64,000 bases of DNA from Vicugna vicugna (GCA_013265495.1 MU063057.1:248001-312000), one strand, 5' to 3'; positions 1-16,929 are shown, counted from the first letter of the stretch. Program-made: numbers and translations. Notes: generated from the sequence alone by a model not told the origin.

Positions 1-117
1 CTTGAGGTCCTTGTGCCTGTATCCCCAGCCCCTGAATTGTTGGGCGTTAGGGGCAAACGCAGCACCCCGGGGACGTGGGAGATTTCTCTATAGCCTCGAT
101 CCCCTCCACACCCCCAG

Positions 118-921
<804 letters not shown>

Positions 922-1162
922 CCGGCCCGGGTGACTCACTGGGCGTTACTTGGTTACTTGAAGAGGCTGCCCCTTGAAGGCAACTCGTCATGGCTGAGGG
1001 CTGCTCATCCAGAGTGTGGGTTCTACCCAGTTGACTGCCTGGGCTGCCTGACTTGCAGACATGAAGGAGCTAATCCCAGGGTGGTCAGGGTCTCATGTGC
1101 CTCCCTCAAGGTCCTCGTCCTATCCCCATCCCATCAAAACCAGTAAGCCCCGCCCCAATCCA

Positions 1163-1168
1163 AATAAA
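1163..1168 (+). terminator. CRACR2B: CRACR2B polyadenylation signal AATAAA
   Basis: Canonical hexamer about 240 nt after the TGA, followed by GT-containing sequence. Confidence 0.7.
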
Positions 1169-1899
1169 GTCCACTGACTTCACCTCCTCGGCCTCCTGTG
1201 TGCGAACCACAGCATTTGTGACATACACCTAGGTGTCCACGGTATATGCGTCTCCCTGGTCGTCTCCCTGAGCCCTCACCGTCTGTCAGAGCTGAAGCCC
1301 CACCCCACAAGCACTCTGTAGGGACAAAGGGACTGAGGCCACTGTCTCCCAGAAAGCAGCGGATGGGGTTTCCTCCCTGCTCCCAGCCTCAGTCAGCCGC
1401 CCCCACCCCATGTCCTCACAGGGCCCTGGGTGGGCTAGCTAAGCCCGCTGGAGTCCTGAGTGGAGCCGCCTGGGGTAGGCCTGGAGCTGCCCCCCCCCAC
1501 CCGTGCCCCTCCTCCTGCCTGGGGAGCTGGCAGCTGCCAGCCCGAGCCACCGGCAGGGAGCTGGGGGTGAGCGCTGCCCACTGTCCATGGAGAGCCGCTC
1601 CAGCCCACTGTGCAGACTCAGACACGCCTGGGACTCCCCTTCCCCTCCCTACTCCCACTCTCAGCTTCCCAGTTCGGCATGTCAGCAGGCGCCGCCCTTT
1701 CTCCCTCACATCTTCCCACCACTCCCAGGCGGATGCCCTCCAGACTGGACTACCTCTCACATTGACCCTAAGCCTCCCCTCCAGGCCGTCCTCCAAACTA
1801 CGCCCAGAGGACTCCTCTCTGCATCTGACCATACCTCCAGACCCTCCCCTCATCTGCTCTGCCGACCCCTGCAGACTCCGGGTCTTGGACACAGCCCAG

Positions 1900-2800
1900 G
1901 GCCTCGCTGGCCTGACCGCCTTCCCCCCCGCCCCTTCCCGCCACAAGCGCAGCTCCCCCCGAGGGGGCTGGCCCTGGCTGGGCTGTGGGCACCCCCGGGC
2001 TGCAACTCTCCCGGCCTCGGCAGCCTCGGGTGGACCCCAGCGCCTGCACCAGGCGGTGTCCCACCGGCTTGAGCGCGCGCGCGCGCGCGCGTCGAGCTTT
2101 GCTCAGACCTGCCGGGCGTCGGCGGCCGTGGCCGCGGCCTGCGGGGCTGGGGCGGGGCCCTGGGCGTCCCGGCGCGTCTCGCTCGCAGCCTCGCGGCCGG
2201 CCGCGCATTCTCCGCGCTCGGAGCCGCCGCCGCCGCCGACGGCCCGACTCCAACGCGTGGCTGGTGAGTGCGCCGCCTGGCCCGGCCGACCGGGAAAAGC
2301 TGCGCGCCCCGCGGCCCTGCTGGCCCTTTCCGGAGGGAGAAGGGCGCCGGGAGGCGGGGCGCGCGGAGGGTCCACAGAGCGAGGGCAAGGCGCCTCCCGG
2401 GTCCTCGATCAGGCCTGGCGGCCCCCTCGGGCCAGCGGTTCCACCTGAGCACCGCACTCGCTGTGCGTGGACACTGGTCCCCTTCCCTCCGCCCGGTGCA
2501 AGTGGGCGGTCCGTGTGCTGCGCCCGGGCGTGGGGGGCGGCGGCGGCCGCGGTGACTTCATCGCGGTGACGCGCGAATTCCTCACCGGGCCTGGCTGGAG
2601 CGGAGCGCGGAGTCCCCCGCCTTGGGGCGCGGGCCGCCGACGGGCCCTGTTGAGCGGCGGGGGCTGGGGGCGGGACAGCTCTGTCCCAGGCCGCAGGAAC
2701 TATTTTTGGCCGGCCCTTTCCCGGGAGGATCGTCTCCACCAGATACTCCCGGAAAGAGCAGCCCCTCCTCGGCCGGCCTCCGGTGGGCGGGCCGTGGGGG
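1900..2800. promoter_or_regulatory. CD151: CpG island / CD151 promoter with non-coding exon 1 ending at 2263 (CTG|GTGAGT)
   Basis: Dense CpG, GGGGCGGGG GC box near 2148, (GCC)n leader and consensus donor GTGAGT at 2264-2269. Island edges are approximate. Confidence 0.75.
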
Positions 2801-3204
2801 CCGGATCTGTTTCTGGGAGCAGCCTCCCCAGAAGGCCTAGGGCCTCAGAGCAGGCTCCCGCACCCCGCAGCTCTGTGGTAGGGGTCTGCGCCTTCTTTTC
2901 TTCCCAGGTTGCTGCTACTGTTGCTCGGTGGGGGAAGGGGCAGTGACAGTTCTGGTGCTGAGGCCAGAGTGGGGTGCATGGAGGAGGCGCGTGGTCCCTC
3001 CCAGGGTCGGACTGTCCAGAAATATCCTCTGCCCTGCCCTGCCCCTCCCTAGCCCAGACCAAAATACGCAGCCTGGCCGCTCCCCTCTCAGCCTGCTCTG
3101 GAAGCCCAGCTCCGGTCCACTGCCTGGGTGGGCCACAGAGAGGGGTGGCAGGATCCCGCCCATCTGGGTTGAGTCAGACCTGCGACCTGTCCCTGCTCTT
3201 CTAG

Positions 3205-3261
3205 CGGAGCCTTCTCAGGAACGTCTGTCCATCTGCCTTACAGAGCAGCCCCCCTAGCCAG
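3205..3261 (+). other. CD151: CD151 non-coding 5'UTR exon 2 (57 nt)
   Basis: CTCTTCTAG acceptor ending at 3204 and CAG|GTGAGT donor at 3262. Lies between exon 1 and the ATG exon and resembles the recalled human optional UTR exon. Confidence 0.6.
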
Positions 3262-4042
3262 GTGAGTGTAGGGTAGGGTGGGTCAGAGTCCAGCTCTGTT
3301 GGCTCTTTGCCTGTCTGGAAATATGGCCCTGGTGCTCAGCCGCTGTCTGTGCCCCACAGCCCTCCTCCCACTCTCCCCAGTGCAGACACCCCGGAACAGA
3401 GTGGGCAGGGGAGGAGAACAGGGTGCCTCGAATAGGTGTCTCGGGGGAGGAGCACTGCCTGGAGCTGCACTTATCCCTGGGGTCGGTGTGGCTGTCCGGG
3501 TTCCAGGGATGAGGGCAGCACTGAAAGCCCGCAGCTCCATCTGCCTCGCACCTTTCCTTTCCCCTGAGGCCGCAGGACTAGGTTAGAAAGGGGCAGGTCA
3601 GTCCCCTCCAGCAGCCGGTAGGTTCCTGCCAGCTCGTGACATGGGGTCCGGGGAATGCTGGGTGGGGTGGGGAGCCTGCATGAGCTCACTCGGAGGTGCC
3701 TGCTGGGGCTTCCTACCCTGGCTGCCAGCAGAGGTGAGTCAGCCGCCGATGGCTGTGGGTCCTTCATGCTCCCACTGCTGGGCTCTGGGCAGGGAAGCCA
3801 GGCCCTCTGTCCTTTAGCTGGGCTCTGGGCGCCAGGGGTCTGCCCTCACTACGGGAGGACTGGGGGCTCTTGAGCTGCCCTCCCAGGAAATGTCCTGGTT
3901 CCCATGGACACTGTCTCAGAGCCCCTGTCTAGGGCAGGACCCAGCCTGGGGCTGGCCTGGACACTTGTGTCCCCTCCCTCCATCCTCACTGGTGGCTGGT
4001 GGTTCTCCCAGGCAGGCCCTGCCCCACCTCCCTGCCGCTAGG

Positions 4043-6169
<2,127 letters not shown>

Positions 6170-6435
6170 CCTGTCCGCGGGCCGCCGGCCTCGCCGTGCT
6201 GCTGCTTCTCACTGATGCGTAGACTACTGAGCTGACGCTCCGGGCGGCTGGCCGGGGAGCCGCGGGCCCGGGATGCGGCCCCTTCCCCTCCCACTTTGGC
6301 AGGGAGATCTTGTCCTCAGGCCTGGGCCCCCGCCGCCGTGCCATCACCAAGACCTCTGGGGACCCCCAGTCCCAGAGGGAGCTTCAAGTGCCTTTAGCTG
6401 CACACCAAAGTCCTAAGGCCTGAGGCAGGGCTCCT

Positions 6436-6463
6436 CCTGTCTGCCTGTCTGCCTGTCTGCCTG
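6436..6463 (+). repeat. (CCTGTCTG)3.5 tandem repeat in the CD151 3'UTR
   Basis: cctgtctg cctgtctg cctgtctg cctg read directly. Confidence 0.85.
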
Positions 6464-6507
6464 CCGGGGTGGGTGGAGCTGATGGGATGTGGGGATTGAG
6501 TTCTGAT

Positions 6508-6513
6508 AATAAA
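6508..6513 (+). terminator. CD151: CD151 proximal polyadenylation signal AATAAA
   Basis: Canonical hexamer about 340 nt after the stop. Confidence 0.45.
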
Positions 6514-6836
6514 GCCCCCCTTCGCTGAGGCCACCTCCTTTGGGGTGGGATCCTGGGTCCTTGGGTTGCTCCCTGATGCGTATTCAGTTAGAGGGACCAG
6601 TTTGATGGACAGAAATGGCTGGCCCACCCAGGGTGCTCCCTGTCCCCTGGATAGTGGTCATGGGCAGCACCAGGAAGGGCAGGGCTGGTGAGAGTCGGTG
6701 TAGGGGGATGGCAGGCAGCGGCAGGTGAGGCGCCCCATGTGCCCACCCCCAGAGCCCCCAGGTATTGGGGGCCTCTGGTTAAGCCACCTCCACCCCTCTG
6801 GGGAAGCCAAGCAAGAGCCCTCTCCCAGGTCACTGT

Positions 6837-6936
6837 TGTCTCCCCTTCCCTGGAGGCAGCTCTGTGGGCTTTATTCACTGCTGTCTGACCACGCCTAGGA
6901 CTGCTCCTGCTGTGTACTGGGTGCTCAATAAACGCC
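6837..6936 (+). mobile_element. L2 LINE 3'-end remnant (sense), containing distal CD151 AATAAA at 6927-6932
   Basis: ttattcactgctgtctgaccacgcctaggactgctcctgctgtgtactgggtgctcaataaa aligns by eye to the recalled L2 terminus ttgttcactgctgtatccccagcgcctagaacagtgcctggcacatagtaggcgctcaataaa. Confidence 0.7.
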
Positions 6937-8093
6937 TGTGGACCCGATCGGGGAACTCTACGTTAATGATGGAGATGGTTCTGGTCCTCAAGGCCTTCAT
7001 GTCTTGCAGGGTGGACAGGACTACCCACCTCGTGCCACAGAAAAGAAGTGCAGAGGCCCAGGCGTGAGCTGAGAGCTGGGGATGCAAGGGAGAGGAGGCC
7101 AGTGGCAGGGATGAGCACAGGCTCTGGTGCAGAGCCCTGGCTGTCCGTGGACCCAGTGACGGGTATGGCCAAGGCCCCACGGAGGAAGTGGACGTGGACC
7201 TCAAGTGGCTCAGGCCGCTTGTGGTTCCAGAGGTCCTTCTGGCCACTGTGCAGGGACCAGGTGCAGGAGAAGGTAGAAGAGAGGTGGGGGAGGGGAGTGG
7301 AGGTGTTTCAAGAGTGAGTTGGGGTCCGGAAGGACACATGCTAGTGCTGGGCCCAGAGGGGCCATCACAGGCAGACTCCATCTTCCCCTTGAACCGGTTT
7401 CCTCATCTGTGGTCAGAGGACCACTTCAGGCATCTGGGCCGGCCCTGAGCAAGATACCCTCTGCCTGCTGGAGGGAGTGGGCCTGCCTCACCCCTCCCAT
7501 CCCTGCTGCAAGGCAGCTTCTGGCCACTTCTTCGCATGGAGTGTTAATGCCTGGGACAGTGGGAGCTCATCCAGCCCCTCCTCTGGGCACCTGCAGCCCA
7601 CGGCGGGGTCTACAGGCAGCCTGTGGAGGTTGTGCAGCACTTGCTCGCTGTGGAGGGGAGAGGCCTGCTGGGCTCCGGCAGAGCCTGGAAGCTTCTGACA
7701 GCAGTGCCCTCCAGAGGGGCCCCTGTAACCACAGCAGGCACTCTGTTCAGGGCTCAGAGAATCTGGTTCTTTAGATTTAGATCCTGGGGGAGAGGATGTG
7801 AGGACCTCTGTCCTCAGCTTACGGAGCACCCAGAGCACTGATGTGGGGATGCCATCAGCCCTTGGCCCACAACCCAACCACTCACAGTCTATGCTTTTCG
7901 TGGGGCTGAGTGCAGCCTCCACAGGAAAGCTAGCCCGGCAGAGCATGGCCGTGTGGATGGGGGCCCTGTGCATATTTCTCCCTCCTCCTGGGCAGTGAGG
8001 GCCGAAATCACCTCCGCTGGCCTCACGCACAAGGCAGGACACAGGAACAAAGCTAGGCCAACTCTTAGGACCTCCAGGTAGCCCTCAAAAACC

Positions 8094-8099
8094 TTTATC
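8094..8099 (-). terminator. POLR2L: Candidate POLR2L variant poly(A) signal GATAAA
   Basis: About 120 nt after the TAA; a GU/U-rich element (CTTTGTTCCTGTGTCC, minus strand) lies about 40-55 nt further downstream. Confidence 0.5.
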
Positions 8100-8217
8100 G
8101 GATGGTTCTTTCCAGAGAGGGAGATGCAAGCTGACAGGGCTGTGGGCAGGCATGGCTTCCAGGTCCCCACACCAGGGGGGACGAGCTGTGGGCAGGATGC
8201 TGTCTGTTGGGCCCACA

Positions 8218-10150
<1,933 letters not shown>

Positions 10151-10214
10151 GCACCCGTCCCAGGCCAGGCGGTGCTGGGTGGGTCGCCTGCGATCTGGGA
10201 GGTCGGACCTCTGA

Positions 10215-10700
10215 GAACCGGGATAGTCGTGGAAGAGGTGTCTTTCAAGCTGAACCTTGAAGAGAGATCCCGAGTGTGTGTGAGAGCAGGACAGATCCTG
10301 GCAAAGGGAACCCTTGGGCAGAGGCCTGCAGGCTGTACCTGGAGCTGGAGGAGGTGATGGGGCAGGAGCCATGAAGGATTTAAAGGGAGGGGAATCTGTG
10401 TCTCTGGAAAAGAGGTGGGGTGAAGCCCCTGATCCTATGGCTAGGGGTAGTGGAGAGGGCTGTATACAGTGAGAAGCAGGGAAGGCTCCCTGGAGGAGAT
10501 AAGCTTTGGACTGGGGAGGGTGGATGTGTCGCACAGTGGCACCTGTGACTTAGGCACCTATGCAGGCTTTGGGCAGTTCGCTGGCCTGAGGAGTCTGGAT
10601 CTCACTTTGGGGTGGGTGGGGCCTGTCTTGGGTCCCAGGCATCAACTAACTGCCCTCTCAGGGTAGATGATGGACCCTGGCCTTAGTTGAGAGGCAAGGA
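10215..10700 (-). mobile_element. L2 LINE fragment (antisense)
   Basis: ggaagaggtgtctttcaagctgaaccttgaag...ggcaaagggaaccc...aggagccatgaaggatttaaaggg resembles reverse-complement L2 words (gaggaggtgacatttgagctg; ggagccatggaaggattttaag). Confidence 0.55.
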
Positions 10701-11748
10701 GATGGAGGTCCAGGCGGGAGATGGAGAGGCTGACCAGAGCTGCTGCCTGCCTGAAGTTTGAGCCCCCACCTTTGCCTGGGCCCTGGATGGCCTCCCCAGT
10801 GGTGTTTGCCATCCCCCATCCTGCCACGTGCGGAGCCACGAGCTGGAGGCCACTTCCCTGCCCTGCCCCCCTTCCCAGGCTGACTGGACGCACATCCTGT
10901 CCCCAGCCAGAGAGGCGGGAAAGGGACCTTGAGTCATAGGGGCCTGGGGTCATAGCCAGGCTCAGCTGTAGAGGCTGCTGCGTCTGTGGAGGTGAGGGAG
11001 ACGGGGGAGGGATCTGGGATGTCATCTGGGTGGGCCTCTGGGAGCACGGGGGAAGCTGGGGCAGAAGGCTTCCTGGAGGAGAGGCTGCCTCGCCCAGCTC
11101 CTGCCCCGTAGTTGTTTACTCCCAGAGAGGGAGGGGACGGAGTGCCAAATTGACATTCCTGGAATTCTGAGAGCTCTGTGTGGATTTGGGGGTGGAAGCG
11201 GTGGCGGCCTCCTCCTCTCCAGCTCCCTGATTTCCAGGGGGAGGCTGCGGGGAGCAGTGTGCAGGGCCCCAACGCTCATGTGCACTTGGTCCTCCGTCTC
11301 CACTCTGCCCTGGCTCAGTCCCAGCCAGCTAGACCAGAGGACAGGGGAGCCTCAGAGATCAGCCCTGCCCTCCTGCCCGGCCAGCCCTGAGTGGCCATGT
11401 CCTGCTAGGTGTGTTGGGGGGAGCAGGCCAGGGTGTGGGCAGGCTCTCCTCAGGGTGGGCAGGGGCAGGAGGGAGGCCCCAGGGACCAGAGCATGGGTAA
11501 GGGTGAGGGTGGAGGGGAGTGTGGGCAGGGGAGGGAGGGCTGTGCTCACACGTGGTCTGAAACCCGTGAGCCCTGCTTCCTGCTCGAGAAGGGTCACTTC
11601 AGGGCAGGCAGGGGACAAGGGGCAATTAGCGATTGAAGTTTCAGCTGCTGGGACCCTCTGGCCCTGAGTGTTCTGGAAACAGGCTGAGCCCAGGGAGAAC
11701 CCTGCCTGGGAGTCGGCTGACCCACCCCCTCGGCCTAGGTCCCAGCCT

Positions 11749-11776
11749 CCGCTTCACCGCTTCACCGCTTCACCGC
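11749..11776 (+). repeat. (CCGCTTCA)3.5 tandem repeat
   Basis: ccgcttca ccgcttca ccgcttca ccgc read directly. Confidence 0.85.
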
Positions 11777-14254
11777 CCGAAAGTGTGGGTGGAACCAGAA
11801 GCTGCCCAGCTGGAGGGTCCAATTGGGGCTACGTGGGCCTGGGGTCCCGGGCTCAGCCCCTGGCCCTGATTGCTATGGGTAGGCTTATGCTCACACAGGG
11901 GTGATGCAGGGCACCCGGATGCCGCCCCAGGGGCAGAGGGGCTGCCCATCTGCTACTCCCACGGGAGCCCTCCCAGCCCCAGGGCTGGGGAGTTGGGTGT
12001 GGTGGTTTGCCGGTGTGCTTGAAGCTGAACTGGCCCTAACATAGAGACCCCTGGACACGCCTGGGCCGCACTGGGCTTCCTGAGGGCGCTGCTCTGGAGG
12101 GGTCTGGGCAGCCCAGGGGTGGGGGTGGGTGTCGGGGCTGAGGTTGGGGAACATACCTGGTGGGCACCTGAGAAGGGTGCTCCCAGGGCCTGTGGTGGGT
12201 GGAAGGAGAGGGTGGTGGGGGAAGGCCCTGAGTTTGGGGTGGGACCCAGGGGGCCCAGGAACAGACTGGGGCCTCCACCCCTGGAGGGGGTGTCTCCCAG
12301 CCCCGGAGGCTCCAGTTTGGGCTAGGGGATGTGGCTCCTCCCAGGGAGGGTGTGCCAGCCTGGGGGTTTGCCTGCCCCTCCCCCAGGGTGGGGGCCTACG
12401 GAGGGCTGAAGCAGCAGCAGGAAGGCTGACACCACAGGCCTGTTTGTCTTGGCGGGGCCCTCCTGGCTCCTCAAAGCCGCCTCAGAGCTGGGGGCCTGGG
12501 TGGGCGGGCCGGCTCCGCTCTCCACCCTGAGCTGCCCCCACTGGGGTGCATGCTCCCAGGCCAGGCCCCTGCCGCTGCCCTGCTGAGAACCGCAGGTCTG
12601 CCCCAGGCCTCCGAGTCTGCCGTGGGCAAGCCCTGCTTCGGTGTTTGGGGAGGTCCTTCTTCGAGTGGGACCTTGATCTAGCCGGGTAGGTGCCCACGGC
12701 CTCTGTGTGGCTCATGCTGCCCCAGGGCCCCCACCCCAGGGTCCTGGAGGGTCTAGAAGGCCCAGGCCTGGGCTGGCAGGCTGTGGGAGGGGTGTCTTGG
12801 TGTTCTCGTTCAGCCCTATTCCTGCTGCCTGCTGTGTGTGCTGTACTGGGAGACGCAGGCCTGTCCCACTCTGAGCTCAAAGGAAGCCCAGAGCAGGGAA
12901 TGGGGCAGGGAGGCTTCCTGGAAGAGGAGGCTGGGCCTGGGTTGGGGAGCGAGCCACCCCTGGTCCTGTCCGGCCCTGCTCCCATTCCCTGACTGCACGG
13001 TTGTGTCTGAGTTGTCTGAGATGGGGGTGGGGGCCCTGGATTCATGGAGAGGCATGGTGGGGACCAGAAGGTGCCGGGATCATTCATGGAGGGTCCAGGG
13101 GCTGCCTTGGGGGTTGGGTTGGGAATGTGGCCAGGTAGTGGTGTTGGCCACAGGTCCTCCTCACATGTGGGGGCCCAGGAGGGTTGTGGGCCATGCCAGG
13201 TGCTGCTGGAGCTGCCCTTTAGGGCCTGACTGGGTGGCCCCATCCCCTGATGCCCAGGTCCTGGGGGGTAGGGTGCACAGACGCAGCCTTAGGCCTGGAT
13301 GGATGCATGGTTTTTAGCTTCAGCAGTGTTGCTGTGGGCTTTGGGCCCCTCAGCTCCCGGTCTGTCAAAGAACATGGGGCGTGTCCCTCCCACCCTTCAT
13401 ACTTCGCTGGGCCTGAAAGCCCTCCGTGGATGCTTCATCCCTGGGCACAGCGACTGCTCTCCCTGTGTGGTAGGTGCACTGGGGTTTCAGAGGGGCTAGG
13501 TCTCGGGTTGTCGGGGCCTCGACCGGCTCAGTGGCTTCACGTCTGTCCCAGGTGTGGGTCTGAGTGGACCGGCTGGCAGTGGGCTGCCCCTGAGGGGATG
13601 AACATGAGGAGATGGGCACGTGCCAGTGTGGCGTCTGAGCCTCTGCTGCCCCTCCTTGCCCTTGGGCTGCTGGGAAGACCGGCTGCCCCACCCCCCAGGC
13701 TGCCAGGAGCCCTGGTCTGAGGGGTGAAGTGTGCATGCGTGGCCAGGATGCTGTCGCAACCCCTATGTGAGCTTGGGACCCCTCCCCACAATCCCTGGCT
13801 CTCAGGGGAGGACCCCCGTGAGCACTAACGGCAGATCAGTGGGCCTCGTGAGTCATCACTGGCTGGCTCCTGGGGAGAGCTTAGGCCTGTGGCTTGGCGT
13901 GTCTGTCTGCTAGCCCCAGATGAGCCCAGGAGGATGTCGTGGGGGAGGGGGACACTGCAGGCTAGTCTCCGGGGCCCAGGACCGCCTGGGACTGGGACGG
14001 CCCTCAGCCTGTGTGTGTGTCCTCGTCTCTGGACGTGTGTGTTCTCTGGTTGCACGTCCCCACTTGAGCAGCCGGGTGTCTCCCTGGGCGTCTTGGAAGG
14101 CCATGCGAAGGGTGGGTGGGGGTGCAGCCCGCAGGTCTGAGCACACCCCTAGCTGCCCCCCAGCTGCCCCCCTGCCGCGGGAGGGACCTGGTCCTGAGTG
14201 GAGGGCTGTTCCTCATCCCCTTGGAGAGCCTCCATTCTGCAGTCGTTCCTACAG

Positions 14255-14334
14255 GGAGCTCCAGCTTGCCTGCTGGCTGCCCAGCCTCCAGGGGCACTGG
14301 GCACAGCCTGCCCTCTTTCCTGTGGCCAGCCCAG
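14255..14334 (+). other. TSPAN4: TSPAN4 non-coding 5'UTR exon (alternative acceptor could start it at 14243)
   Basis: Ends ctctttcctgtggccagcccag|GTACGT, matching the recalled human TSPAN4 mRNA just before the ATG exon. Acceptors are TTCCTACAG (14254) or ATTCTGCAG (14242). Confidence 0.65.
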
Positions 14335-16929
14335 GTACGTCCCGGCCTGGCGGGGCAGGGACGCAGCACTGGGCTGCCTTCTGGTCTCACCCACACCCAG
14401 CCCGAGGGCCTTGATGGCTGGCCACCCTCCTGGTCCTGGGACAAACCGGGGCTGAGCCAACCAGACGTCACCTCCTCAGTGTGTCTCACTGGGGTCCCAC
14501 CTGCTGAAGGAAAGGCTTGACTGTGGGGACAGGGTCCCTGGGGCTGGCTGGGAAGCGCTCCACCTGGCAGCCTGGATGTACTCCTGTCCTCGCTCCAACT
14601 GGCCCCGGGACCCTTGGTTGAGTTTTCTGGTTTAATCTCAGCTCAGTCTCACCTGCTCACCTGAGTGATGGGTGCAGGGTTTAGAGACGGGACAGGGGTT
14701 AGCAGGAGTTTTAGGGGCTGTAGGAATGCTATTGGCTGAGTGAGGTGGGGAAGGGGGGGTCCTGGGTGCTGGGCCCAGTGTGGGAACCCAGGCCAGACTT
14801 CCCCTTCCCCACCCCGCCCTGAGCTCCAGTGTGATGAAGGAGTGGAGGGCCGAGCCCACGGCTCCCCAGGTGGGTGGCCCCACCCTGGTCCTCGGAGGCC
14901 CTGCCCTGGGAGCCAGGCTGGGGAGATAGACATGCCCTTCCGTCCTCCTTAGCCTGCCTGTTCCCACAAGTGTGCACAGAGCACACACCCTCTCATGTGC
15001 TGGGACTCTTGGGGCCCCGAGTGTCCATCCCTGGCTTGGGCGTGTGGGGCTGGCTGAGTTGGGCCAAGGGAATGGTGGCTGGAGGCTGCTGGGGATCCCC
15101 AGAGTCTCCAGGGGTCACCGGCAGCCACTTGCTCCCTGGGCAGAGCTGCAGACAGTGGTCTCTGCAGGGCCTGGATGGGGGCTTCCAAGGCCTGCTTCTC
15201 CACCGGGCCCCTGGTGTGTGGTCACTGTTGTGTCCCATTCCAGGAGCCCAGGCACACCAAAGAATCCTTGGGGGAGGAAGGATAGAAGGACCTGGGAAGC
15301 CTTGGCAGGCCCCCAGTTTGGGCAGGGTAGGGACACTGGGGTTCTCCTGTTCCTACTCCCTGCTAGCCAGAACCAGCTCAGCTCAGAGAGGACAGCATAA
15401 AGACACTGCCCCTGGGGCTTGAGCTGCAGTTCTCCTCAGAGCCCTCCGGCAGCACAGGCCTGGGGCAGTGGTCCTCAGAGCACAGCAGGGCTGCCAGACC
15501 TCACTGGGCCCCCCGCCCAGCAGACATCTCCCAGACTTGCCACCGCAGGCACCACTTAGTTTCAATCTATCACTTTGTCAGCACCACTGATGGGTCCCCC
15601 TCCCTCCTCCTCCTTGTCCCCCCATTTCTTTTCCTTCCTTGCACCATCTCCCCATCCCCATTCCTCCCACTCCTCTCCCCTCTGAGTTCTGCGGACCTTG
15701 GGTGAGTCCTTCCCTCCATTTCTGGGACCATCCAATGGGATGGACGCTGTCCATGGGCGGCCTTGGGGATAGGGTAGACCCAGTCCAGGGCTCAGGGCTC
15801 ATCTATGCCTGTGGTGGCCACCCTCCCCCAGGCCTGGCTCTTCTGTCTGTGCAGACAGGAGGAGCTCAACCCCTCCTGGGCCGCAGGCAAAGGGCAGACA
15901 GGGAGGGGGCATCTGGGACAAATGCTGGTGTCTTCCCAGCACACTCTAGGGTCCCCGCCAGTGGGGTGGGCTGTGGGGGTACAGCACCTGTGGTGGTGGT
16001 GCATGTGCCTGCCCCTCTGGGCTGTTCCTGGTGCGTGTCTCTGCTCATCAGCCCTTGGGCACACCACACCCCCGGCACAAGAGGCTTTGGAGCAACACGT
16101 GTGCGTGCCACCTGTGATCCGCAAGCCTGGTGTGAACCCACATCCAGCTGAGTGTGTGGATGTGTCTGGGAGGGGCTGGTGCAAAATGAAAGTCAGAGCC
16201 CCTTGGTCAAAAATTATGGAGAATTTCAAGACAGTGGCTGCAGAGCATCAAAACCAGGAAGGGGTCCTGTGTGACTGCACATGTCATGTGCCAGTGAAGC
16301 CAGCCATGCTCCCTTGGCTGGGTGAAGCAGGGTGCCGCCAGGGTTGAGCGCTGAGTGGGCCTGGGGTGGGCCGCCAGCTTTGCATGGGGTCTGTCTCCCA
16401 GGCTGACCCCTGTCCCGTGTGAGCTGCGCAAGCTTCGGGGTCCTGGCGCAGCCCTTGTCCAGCACAGGGTGGGCTGCTCGGAGAGTGTGCACCCGCTGTG
16501 TGTTCCGGCTGTAGTCCCCGAGCTCCCTCATCTGGGCCAGAGGTCTGGGCCGGAGCTGCCCCAAGTCGCCACCAGACGGCAACTGGGTCACCCCTCATTT
16601 GCATAATGCTTTGCATTTTGCGTGGGTCAGAGGTCTCTGAGCCCAGCTTGGGGGCAAGGACGGGGACGTCGTGCCCGGGACTGAGCGCTGCCTGGGGCCC
16701 CTGCCCTCAGCCCCCAGCCCCCGCCATCGCTTCCCGGGCTGGGCGGGCAGGGGAAGTGGAAGGCCGAGGGGCGCCGGCGCGGGCGGAGGGCCGGGGGCGG
16801 GGGCGCCGTCCCGGGGCTGCGATTGGCCCGCGCAGGGCGGCGCGGTCGGATTTGCGAGGCGGCGCGGCGAGGGGTGGCCGGGGCGGGGGTCTTCGCGGGG
16901 GCGGGGCTGGTGCGGATTGGCCAGCGGGC

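Noticed and set aside
1246-2739. Long ORFs (400, 313 and 200 aa) over the CD151 promoter
   Set aside because: Low-complexity Arg/Pro/Gly/Ala translations on several frames, expected from stop-codon scarcity in a CpG island; no codon periodicity or recognisable domain.
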